A stretch of 63,620 bases of DNA, counting the filler, from Dugesia japonica (taxonomy: Eukaryota), in assembly GCA_001938525.1 (NCBI GenBank). It is 5 parts of 5 records of this genome, joined end to end, with 100 filler letters (N's around TTAATTAATTAA, not from the genome) between each part and the next. Parts side by side here need not be neighbours in the genome. Positions count along the whole stretch, not along the records: positions 37,641 to 54,445 come from MQRL01595859.1; positions 54,546 to 63,620 come from MQRL01474904.1; 3 more parts are not named here. One strand, given 5' to 3'. Each line of letters starts with the position of its first letter. Position 1 is the stretch's first letter. The notes beneath the pieces are model-generated. The model was not told where the DNA came from and searched no databases. It saw only the letters and a list, made by a program, of their open reading frames with translations. Shown in pieces: positions 52,563 to 63,620 of this stretch. The translations under genes were made by a program, and so were the position numbers.

Positions 52563-54445
52563 TTTTGGGGTGAAACGCCAGTTGATAGAAATAACAATTG
52601 GCAAGGGCCTCCAACATAGGCAAAGAAGGCAAAAGAAAAACCATTCGCATCATATTAATTAATAAAAGTACATAAATTACTATTCAATAATGAAGGGGGA
52701 GCTGAAATCAATAAAGTACCGAGCAGACGAATATATCCACAACATAACAAAGATGTAATAATATTAATTATAAAATTTATGTTTTATCATGAAAAACAAG
52801 AAAACGAGTATTAATCAAAATAAAGAAATATTAGAAAAAATTAATTAATTTTATTGAAGAAAAGAATTTAAAATACGAGAAAATCAGTTTAAGACGATAT
52901 AATCCGTCTAGGGAAATCAGAAGAAATTCAGCAAAGAAAATTCCGACACAGAATGATTCGGTGCAATTGGATTTCTCAACGGAAAAAAGTTACCAACACC
53001 AGGAGGGTCTGAAAAACGGGTTTAAAGATTCGACCAATGATTTGACAGAAAATAAAGAAAAAGTAAAGAAACAAAAATCACAAGGTGCTCCAAAAATAGG
53101 CAACAATAAACAACCGAAAATTCACAGAAAAAATCAAAAAATTGGCACAACCACCAATAGAAATCAAGAAACTAAAAACAAAAAAAGACACGAAGAAAGT
53201 TGGGTTGTCAGAAAAATCCTATAAAACTCCCCAGATTTTAGTCAAAAAAAACAACAAAAATATTTTATTCATATCGTAACAGCCTACAAAACAAACACAA
53301 AACTTTCCAGTATTAATCATGTGATAGTACATCGTAAAAGGAGAGTAAATTAATTATCGGTAAGGAGAAGTTCGAAATTTTGTCAACAACAATTACCCCT
53401 TTTTCACAGATCAGTATCCGTACAGAGAATTTTCGAGAAGTTTACTAAGGAAAATATAACGACAATACTCGAGTTCACTCGTTGCAGAATCCCGAGAATT
53501 GATAAAAAAAAGTAATTAAGCTGTTGTTATTTATGACATTGTACTAAGGAATTTTAAATCCAATAATAAATTGTAAATTAATTTATGTCTAATTTATATA
53601 ATTGCCGATCTTAATGGATATACAAATAGAATTTTAAACAATTTTTTATTCAATAAATGAGTTTTAGTTCAGTTTAAGTATCCTCAAATCACATAATTTT
53701 ATGATCTAACAATGTCTATGGTGTTTTCACATTATCGATTAAATCCCAATTGCACATGTTGTAGATTTTTTTTACAGAAAATAAAAACCAGATACGTTTA
53801 TCACCAAGTCGATTTTCATGCTTATTTTTTTCATGCTGATTTTCAAGTTATTCTGACAGATATAAGATTGAGTCATAATGAAATCACATTAAGCAAGTAG
53901 GTGGGTTGATATTTCCATCATCGTTGAAATTACTGCTATCTTCGCATTTCGACTGTCGATTAGTTGTGTGTATAAAAGTTATTATTAGCAATACCGGTAC
54001 AGTCTACTCCATTTCAAGCAGAAATACAACTAAAATTAGCACGTGCATGATTTTGACCTTCCGTGTTTTTATTTATGACAAACCCCATGATCGACTCCTT
54101 ATTAACATCATCAAAGTAATTATCATCGGAAATTGTTAATCTTCCTCCTGACGATTGAGGTTATTTCTATTGTCCAATTTGCGCATGATCAATTAATGTT
54201 AGTATGACTAAGGTAATTATCCTCACACTAGTTACCTCTATTCTTAATGGATTATGTTGTCTAACAGCAGTTTCATAGTTTTTATTGACAACTATGATTC
54301 TAATTACCATTGCAATTCTGGATAATAGCTACATCCATAATAATCATGATATTAACATTAAAACCAATTCTGTTTTATTGATAATATATTTATGATTATC
54401 ATCGTTATCACTACTATTATTGTTTTTAGTATTATTATTATATCT
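52563..54445 (+). mobile_element. TGTTGGGGTGAAAC-family LTR-like segment abutting the Gypsy pol remnant
   Basis: TTTTGGGGTGAAAC begins where the pol frame stops; A-rich ~1 kb with the cgttgcagaat motif shared with ~45950 (-), then TTA-rich; cut by spacer. Confidence 0.55.
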
Positions 54446-54545
54446 NNNNNNNNNNNNNNNNNNNNNNNNNNNNNNNNNNNNNNNNNNNNTTAATTAATTA
54501 ANNNNNNNNNNNNNNNNNNNNNNNNNNNNNNNNNNNNNNNNNNNN
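54446..54545. other. Artificial scaffold-joining spacer
   Basis: 44N-TTAATTAATTAA(54490-54501)-44N. Confidence 0.92.
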
Positions 54546-55100
54546 TTGGACACTCTCTTTTTGTATTCCCATAACTCTGGCATGTCCAACACTGTGGTTC
54601 TGTTCATTTTGTAACTCTCTCAATGTTTAGTCTCCTTTCTCTGAAACGTTCTCAACGTGTTACACCAGCGTAACTCTTTACTATATTAATAGGTTCTCTT
54701 CTTTCCATTTTTTCAACTAATGATAACGTTTCCTTTATTTCTTCAACTTTCTCCAATTTTCGCATGATTATTTTTTCTTCTGCTTTTTTACTATTTGCAC
54801 AAATTATTAGCATTTTTGATAAGAATTTTTCTTTCGTCAGCTCACCATTTTCTAAACATTTATCGACCAAATCTTCCACTTTTTTAAACATCTCAAGTTT
54901 TTCACTACTACGTCGATAGCTTACAAGATTCTGTAAATCTTTTATTATGTCTCTTTTGCTCTCAAAAGTTAATCGAAATCTCCCTCGATATCCATCTGCT
55001 TTCTTCAATGTTTTTAGATATGCTTCCATTAAATCTTCATGAAGCATACATGTTATTCAACGCTCCTCATCTTTCTTAATAACCATGTTCTTCGCCTCAA
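54546..55100 (-). pseudogene. Gag-like remnant with zinc knuckle
   Basis: Helical K/E-rich ORF 54652-55047 ending KSYAGV, followed by CWTCQSYGNTKRECP (degenerate CX2CX4HX4C). Confidence 0.65.
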
Positions 55101-55777
55101 AGTATATTTCACATCGTTAAATAAACTTTTCTAGATCATTGCCTCTGCAAAATATTTTTGGCAACAATCTCTTTGTGTTCGCATCAGTGTTTACCGTTGC
55201 CCCCATGTTAGATGAGTTTGAAGCACTCATAGGAAAATTAATATCTAAACTCAATTCCATAGAAAATTTATTCACAAAACAAAACTATAACCATCATTAT
55301 TTGTTTATTCAAATTAATTAAAACTCCATGCTCTAATTAGAAACTTTTTTTTAATAAATTGAAAATTTTAGATTAAACTTTCATTAAAAATAATTAAAAA
55401 TTTACAGAAAATAATTATTTGTTATCAAAATCTCATTTAAAATCTCGACCAAATTTTAAAACAAATTATAATTTTCTAATAAAATATCATTTAAAATTCT
55501 TCCGAAATTTTAAAACAAAATTGTCATATCTAAAAATCTACAATAAATTGTGTACAAAATATTTAATTAATCATATTTAATTCATATTGGATTCATATGA
55601 ATTAATTCATATTTAAATTAATCTTTAAACTATTCATAAATTTTGTACAAAAAATTTAATTTAATTTACTTTAATTTCTTAATTAAATTGTAACTTTCAA
55701 TTTTTTAAAAAATAATTTCCAACCAAACCACAAAAATTTCAACTCGTTTTTCAAAACATACTCTCACTACCTATAAT

Positions 55778-56328
55778 CAGGGCCGCTCTAACCACAGGTC
55801 TAAATGGGCATAGCCCAATGGCGCAAGCCTTTTGGGGAGGCAATTTTTATTTGCAATATATATTTTTTTGTTTTTATTAGTTATTAGTTTTATAAAAATT
55901 CATTTTTCATTTTATTAGTTTTCAGCAATAAAAAGAAAAAAAATTATTTACGATCTTCTTTGGAACAGAGCAAATTCAATGATTTAAGTATTTTATCAAT
56001 TGAGAGAGGTTTATTTGATAACTTAAATACGAGTGATATTAGTGATCAGTTTTCCAAAGAAAAAGCTAGGAAAATAAACATATAAGTTTTTTTGTTTCTT
56101 GTTTGCATTAAAGTTTATTTTTGTTCTTAAAGGTTTTTAATTTTATTTAATTCAATTTTGTGGTTTTGTTTAGTATATAGGTAATAAATTGATTTTTTCT
56201 AGTTCTGACACTTTTGTATAACTTTGCCGAACAACCCACTCCCGTTTACTGATCTGTAAATTTTCTTACGAAGAGGGGCGCATTATTTTTAGTAGCCCAC
56301 AGGCGTCGAATTTCCTAAGACGGCCCTT
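55778..56328 (+). mobile_element. Non-autonomous hAT deletion derivative retaining the C-terminal dimerisation-domain codons
   Basis: Perfect 8-bp TSD CCTATAAT (55770-55777, 56329-56336); TIRs CAGGGCCG / CGGCCCTT; ~55950-56085 reads RSSLEQSKFNDLSILSIER...DQFSKEKARK. Confidence 0.88.
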
Positions 56329-58533
56329 CCTATAATTATTTAAACCAGTCATCTGTGTTAATTGTGAAATAAATATTTCTAAAAGTAATTGTTCTGATTT
56401 CGAAAATAAATTATCATTTGAAGATTTACTTAACACACACACACATATATATAAAGTTAACAATGCAATAAGATTATATTTGTAAAAATAAAGGATGGTT
56501 TAATCATAATTAATTTAAAATTTGTCTGTTTACACACCTTTCCACATGTCTAACCATATTTCTAAAATATCACTCGCAATACATTGCCATCATTTTGACA
56601 GTTGAATTTATAAACAAATTCTGTATTTTAATTGAAAGGATCATGTTAATTTGATTAAAGATAATAAATATTTATATTTTCGATTTTTCAAATAATTAAA
56701 TAATTCGCTTTCTCATAATTTTCAAGTAATCAATTAATTTTCTTCGTCGATAAGTAATGATTGTTAGATGAGTTTTACACAATCATCGTTGAATTTAAAG
56801 AAATATTGAAATCTATTGAAAATTTATTAAAACACAAAGATGACAACAATAAATATGTTAAAGAAGCCAATTACTGTGCATTTCAAACTGAGGTTTTTTA
56901 TAATTTTAATTTAATCTTAATTAAATTTTTAAATTATTTTAGTTTTTAAAAATATCTTAAAAGTTTAATACCGGCCCAATATCCCTGTGGACCTACTGGC
57001 CCACAAATATAGTCAAGTTTTATATTTTTTTAATGACATGAAATGAAATTTTTACAATTGTTACTTCTTTCTATTTCTATTTAATTCAATGGTTGATTAA
57101 CGAGACAACAAAATGACGTGTGTAGATGACGTGTGTAAAAGCGTTGAATCGTAAATGAGAAGTTCTGTCGTTCGTCGCAGCACCACATAATACATAAGTC
57201 TCGCTCAAATAATTCTCCATTGACCTTGAAGCTGACACGTGTATGTGTTTTAACATTATGTAGCAGCTCTGGTTACATGGTAGTTATGTTATCACAGCTC
57301 ATTCAAGTTTCAACGGTAGATTGGAGATATATTATTGTAAATCATTTACCCTTGAACAATTCTGAGTTCTTAGACTAAGAAAACGTATTTTATAATCTGT
57401 AAACGTGCTATTCAACTATTTTTAAGGTTTGTACATATTCGTTTTTTTACTTGTTACAGGGACCGGCCTTCGATTTATAGGCCCACTACACGCTCAAGTA
57501 TTAATTGGATTTAATTTACGCAAACTAAAATCGCGTAAATCAAATACCAAAAAAAAAATTTTATTCAGTAATAAATTTAAAAAAACGTTTTATTCAGCAA
57601 TAAAATCCAAGCTACTATGTTTGTAAAAATATTTATGGAGTTTGTTAAAATAAAAATTAGATTATTTTAACTCAGCAGTTATTATAAATTTTATTTTAAC
57701 TTAACGATGACTTTATTTAATGGTTGTGACTGAATCCTCAACGACTTTCTAGCATCGACTAATTTGTGGGATATCTAAGTACATTTATCTACTACTCTAA
57801 ATATCTAAGATAGGTACTTGCCGTAACAATCTTTGAATTATAACAAACGAAAATGTTGATTATTACAGTAACTAAATATACTTTATATCTGACCGCGTAA
57901 AATGAGTCGAGTTGTTCAATTTCGAGTAACAAAGGGCCGCTTAAATCGAGAGCCGCCTGTATTTAATACCTAAGAATCAATGAGTCTTCCCACAAATACT
58001 AAATAGGTCTTCGGCGTCTTACTCCTCCTTATGAAAACTTGTATGCAAAATTGTTTTAATTATATTTATTAATTTATTTTTGATGATATTTTAACGTTCA
58101 CTCTAGAGCCTCAATGTTTGTGACTACGGTGGAGAAAAGTGAGCTGAACCGTGGATATATTTGAAGTTGAAAAAATGGAAAAAATGTAATTTTATTTCCG
58201 TTTATATTCCACTCCTTGGTAATATTTCAATCATTAATATTTCAAATCATTGCGATTTAGATTAGAACTTTTAAACATAAACACAGCAATTCTCTTTATC
58301 TAATTATCAGAACAAACTGTATCAACTTTTCAGTATTCAGTGATCAACAGATTTTTATCTCGTTCTTATTTAGTTTATGTGCATAGGTATTGGATCGAAA
58401 AGTTCAGATTATTTGCTCATTGCTGATTTAAAATAAAATACTTAGTTATTATTGTTTATTTATTATTCATGGGCAAAAAATCATTAATCAATTAATGAAT
58501 AAAATATAGTAATATACCATACTCTTATCCAGA

Positions 58534-60807
58534 ATGTCAGCAAAACGTAAAAGGGTGCTGGGATAAGATAAAAATTAAAAAGCAAAATCTAATGAAAATT
58601 GAAGGAGAAAAATGTTACAAATTATCAGACATGTTTGGAAATTAAATTACTAAAGATATTTTGGAAGCCATGCTAAGTACTTCCCACAGTCATGATACCG
58701 ATCAAACATATTGAACTCTTGAATAGTCACAATTTTTGTACAAATTTCGATAACTCTATATTTATAAATGGTTATGGCATTAAAAATGCTAAACATGTTT
58801 ATCAAAGAATTGCAGAACATGAAATCTTTTCACTTCATACTACATATCCCAAAGATTACATTTTAAAAACCAATGACAAAGACATTTATAGTATAAAAAA
58901 CAAAACCAAAGAAATGCCAATAGAAATAGACAAATACTCGAAAGAATAATTGAAACAATAAAATTAGTTGGTAAACGAGGACTTAGTTATTGCAGTTTGA
59001 ATGAATCTGCATTTAATTTGATAGACGAAAATTTAGACCATGGCAATTTTCAAGAATTACTTTTATTAATAAGTAAATTTGATCCCTTATTAAAAATGCA
59101 CATTGAAGAATGTGTTAAAAAGAGTAAAAATCGCCATGAAAAAATTGCCACCAACAAAAGAAGGGGTAATCTTGTAACAAGATTTTATTTAAAACTACAG
59201 CAAATTCTGTTATTAATGCTATTAATTTTTTAATGAAAGAAATTCTCTCAAAAGAAATAAATAAAGCCGAAATATACAGTATTCAATTAGACACCACCCA
59301 AGATATTAACGTAGAAGATCAATGTTCAGTTGTTATAAGATACACTAAAGAGGATCGTGTTTATGGACGATTAATAACCGTACTTTAACAACTGGAGAAT
59401 ATATCTGTAACTTAATATGCGAAATTTTAAAAAATATGGAAATTGATATAATTAAATGTATTGGTAATTGTACTGATGGTGCAACGAACATGCAAGGTAC
59501 ATATAAAGGTTTTACTGCATGGTTAAATCAAGTTTCACAAAATCAAGTTCATACTTCGTGTTATGTACATTTATTAAATTTACTTATTACGGATATCACA
59601 CAAAAGACAAAAGAAGCCATCTCACTATTTGGTATCTTAAATAAACGTGCGGTTTTTTAAAAGAATCTCATAAACGACTCAACGTATGGCGAGAATTTAG
59701 TAAATTTATATTTATTTCTACTATTGGAGAAACACGTTGGTTAACCAAAGATAAGACATTAAGAAAAATGTTTGGTACATTTAATAGTACATCTAAAATT
59801 ATATTTTTCGTCGATGTTCTGCAGACTTTCAATGAAATCTCTATATCCTAAAAGTTTAACTAAGAAATTAGACATCGAGGAAACACTATTTTGACCACAT
59901 TTCTAAAATTTGATATTATTTTAACAGCTCTAATATTTTTACGAATATTTGAAGAAACAACACTTTGTTATCATACTTACAAACATCAGGTATGGATATT
60001 GCAATTGCATTTCTGATGGTAAAAAATANNNNNNNNNNNNNNNNNNNNNNNNNNNNNNNNNNNNNNNNNNNNNATCAAGCAGCAGTAAATTTTGCATTGG
60101 CTACAAACGAAGAACTAGACAAGAGAGAAATCGAAATTCAAATTGAAACAATGTTATGTCAAACAAATAAAATAAATAGAACGGATAATTCTAACGATAG
60201 ATTTCGTAAAGTGTATATAATGTTATAATGGATGCAGTTACCAGTAATATGAATGAACGGTTTTTAAAAAAGGATCCTCTTTATAATGATGTATTCTATG
60301 TAGATCCAAATAATTTCCCACAAATTTCAAGTATTAATATACCTAGTCACATTTTTGAACCTTTAACCAATTTAATAAATAAAAAATTAAATAAAAATAA
60401 TACGAAGGAAATTTGGAAAGCTGAACTAATACATTTTCAAAAAAAGTAGAAAACTTTTAATGGTACCTTAACAGAATATAGTAGTGAATTGTTTTGTGAT
60501 GAAGAAGATGAGAAAGAGATTATAATCATGCAGAAATTGTAATTTATGCTGTTATACAGTTTTGCAAAAATTTCATCTGGATACACTAGCATACTTAAAT
60601 TCATTTTTAGCTTACAAATTTGTTATTACTTTATCATCAACACAAGTATCTTGTGAGAGATCTTTTTCAAAGTTAAAATATATTTTAAATCGACTTGGAA
60701 ATTGTTTAAGTCAAAAACATTTGGAAGCATTTATGCTCATGGCTTGTGAAAAAGATATTCTAAATAACATTGACAATAATAGAGTAATTAATATAGTGTT
60801 TAATTAA
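58534..60807 (+). pseudogene. Near full-length decayed hAT (ZMYM1-like) transposase
   Basis: HGNFQELLLLISKFDPLL, YSIQLDTTQD...DQCSVVIRY, CTDGATNMQG, CYVHLLNL, ETRW and VSCERSFSKLK in order, with frameshifts. Confidence 0.9.
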
Positions 60808-61191
60808 TAATATTTATTTAATTATTTTTAATCACTTAATTTTGATTTTTGTTGCAATTATTAAAAAAAACTCTTTTTTGTTATTTTAATAAATATGTTT
60901 ATAAATTACTAATGTACTTGTTTGAAAATTTTTTTTTCTTAAATTAAATATTATGGGCCTACGTCACCGATATTTCCCGGGTCTAAACAGTGAAATTTTC
61001 AAGACTCAATTTAAAATTTAATGAAATGTTATGTTATACTAAATTCTCATTATAATGCCTTAAACTTTTCGATTTTCTATCTGAAATTGCACTTCATTCG
61101 TTGATAATTGTAAATCTTGTCAATGAATTTATTCTATTTTTAATTATTTCATTCTCAAAGCTTTTATTAAATTTTTTACAATTTTAATAAT

Positions 61192-61345
61192 TGTTGGGCT
61201 AGAACGCATTAAAACAAAAAGTAAATTGAAGACAATAAAGAAAAGTGAAAGTGCAGAGATTATCTAAATGGAATAATAGTAAAGAAAAGCGTTGGAAAGA
61301 TAAATAAAACATAAAATTACGAGGTACTGGACCAGAAAGTAAAAT
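61192..61345 (+). mobile_element. LTR 5' fragment (TGTTGGGCTAGAAC family)
   Basis: First 14 nt identical to 32988; end not defined. Confidence 0.4.
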
Positions 61346-61834
61346 TAAGGTTTTCGTTATTATTATGTAATTATTATTATTATAATAATTATGATATTAT
61401 TATAAAATATCGAAAAATGAAAATTGGGCGTAGAAGAGCCAAATTTAGAGAATAAAAATGGTTTTTGAGATAAAATGGAAGTCCATGTTTAAATAAATAA
61501 TAAAAATACTTTACAATAATATAATAACATATAAAACGGGCCTCTGCGACCCATTTTATTTATTATATTAACGCTAATTAGAGTTCGATATTATTAGAAA
61601 TTTGGTTTAATTGGTCTGGTCCAGTCATTCTTCCTTGTCTAAATCGGACGATTAAAATCAAGAATGAATAACAAAAACAGCTTATTCGCCCTAACCCAGA
61701 CAAATAGTTCACTTAGTTACAAACCAGAGGTCACATGAGGTGACGGTTAAAGACGAGGCAGTGTGCACAAAAATTTGTCCTCAGAAAAGGAAGGAGGATA
61801 CACACAGAGTAATAAAGAGCTGGCCAATGAATTT

Positions 61835-62592
61835 TAATTTCAGTTTATGTTTGCTCGTGATATGCTAATACTGTCACTCTTTATTTGCTTCGTTTATAGC
61901 CCGGGGAAAATGCTTCTGTTCGGGATGGCAATGTTTTGTTTAGATAGTTTAGTCCCGTTTCGTTGCAGTTATAAATTTCATCACGAGATAATCCTTTTGT
62001 ATTGATTATGAAATTCAGCTAAGTCTTAAAGTTTTTACACTCTTCCATATTTGCCGATAATTTTTCTCCGCATATTCAGGGCTATCGAGCTCTATATCGT
62101 ATTTTCCACCGATCGAGCCACCATATACTAACTGTAAATTTTGATTCAGCATCATTAAAATTTTTCACAAACCGTAATGCTTTTTCTTGCAGAATCGGGC
62201 CAGATATTGTTGTGTAAACCGAAAAAAAGTGACTCGTCAACTTTAAAATTCTCATCTTTCTTCATTGTTCTCATATTCTGTAGTCTTTGATGCGATAGTC
62301 GATTACAGCACCATTTTTCAAATTCATGTCTTTGCTGTTTCCAGCCTATTACTGTAGTTCTTCCGACACCCAATTGTCTGCGTATAATTTGCAGGTTTCC
62401 ACAATTTTCTAATCTCTTCAGATCTTCAAGCTTCGGTGGTATTGATAAGACTGTTTCTTTCTTTTCATGGTGTCCATGCAAACAAAATTTAAGTTGTAAA
62501 ATTATTATATGATATATGTCAATACAGTTTAATCAATATTAATTCTATTTTAAATTTAAATACTTCTTTGTTGGATAATCTGGGTTTTACTG
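61835..62592 (-). mobile_element. pogo/Tigger-like element 5' part with decayed CENP-B-type transposase
   Basis: TA then CAGTAAAACCCAGATTATCC terminus; psq-type HTH (VLSI..KL...LGVGRTTV), WLDRWK, GEKLSA and IYNCNETGL. Confidence 0.85.
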
Positions 62593-63620
62593 TAAATCAA
62601 TTTTGTAATTCTTAATACGCTTGTAATTATTTTGTAAGCATTTGGTAATTTATTTTGTAATTGAAACTTTGTAGATTATTTATAAATTTCTTGTATTACA
62701 TATTTGATATTCTCATTTGAGTTTGTTTTCTTTTTCAAAAGTATCTATGAAATAAGATTTTAATGAAGAGGTATGTACGCTTCACAAGAACAATAGCAAT
62801 TTTATTGTTCGGTGTATTGATTTTTAACCATTATTAATAGCCTATTCTTTGTATATTTATTATTAATTCCTTAAAACTCTTTGTTGTTTGGCTATTTTTT
62901 GTACATTTTCGTGTTATTAGACTCTATGAGTCCTAGTTCAACATCAAAACCATTTATATTTACANTGGATTTATATATATATCTCGTGAAATATAAAATT
63001 TTAATTATTTAATTAAAATTTATCCTAATGACTTATAACAATATCAATCGGTAATAAATTGAAAAATTAATTAATAAGAAAAATTAATTTATAAAAATCC
63101 GATATAAACATATTTGTTCCCATAAAATTTTGATTACACCACAATTTCATTTAGATTATTGATACTATCTTTATTATTTCTTAAACGACGCTTTCTGATG
63201 ATTTCTTTCATTTGTTCTGATTTCATTTGTTTTTCTCTCATTTTCGCTAATATTTGTCTTTTCTGAATATTTGATCGACTAGAATAAACCGTTTTGTTAT
63301 CATCGGAAATCAATGCTCGCTGTTCAAGGGTATTTGAACTAAAAACAACTTGGTTCGATTTGTTCTCTTTATCAATTGATCCTAAAAAACATATTTTAAA
63401 ATTTTAGAATTTGAAGTAATCAAAATTTTGTTAAAAAATCAAAACTTTTCTTTTAATCGTAATAATTTTAAAAGAAATCTGATAAAACAATCTCATTTAA
63501 TTATTACATTATATTAATTATAAGATTAAATTCTATTTTAAAAGTGGATTATTCAAATGTTTATCTAAGTATTTAAAAATTAGAAATTTATTAATTTAAT
63601 TCAATAAAATAAAAGCTTCA

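Noticed and set aside
57456-57962. Possible TA-flanked inverted pair (tacagggaccggccttcgattta / taaatcgagagccgcctgta)
   Set aside because: The match is gapped and the left end could equally be a hAT terminus; cannot be resolved

Overview
Very AT-rich, gappy eukaryotic draft sequence. The 45-46 nt introns, (AAT)n tracts and TE spectrum suggest an invertebrate, possibly a planarian flatworm, but this is inference. Four identical 100-nt spacers (44N-TTAATTAATTAA-44N) show that the window is five artificially joined scaffolds: 1-11224, 11325-20132, 20233-37540, 37641-54445 and 54546-63620. Only two host-like genes are supported: an apparently intronless class A GPCR with non-canonical motifs (~14150-14992, +) and a three-exon cold-shock-domain/RGG (Y-box-like) gene (41847-41313, -). 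The rest is mostly decayed transposons: mariner, pogo, several hAT fossils and hAT MITEs, piggyBac, Gypsy and Penelope-like elements. Highlight 1 is a 3863-bp TGTTGGGGT...ACCCCAACA element with an ATAT target duplication. It is nested in a ~0.9-kb solo LTR, which is itself inserted in a Gypsy integrase. It has no recognisable enzyme but carries orphan, apparently spliced coiled-coil genes, and a divergent copy 6 kb away conserves both protein sequence and splice acceptors. Highlight 2 is two families of minimal hammerhead-ribozyme motifs tied to Penelope-like remnants.
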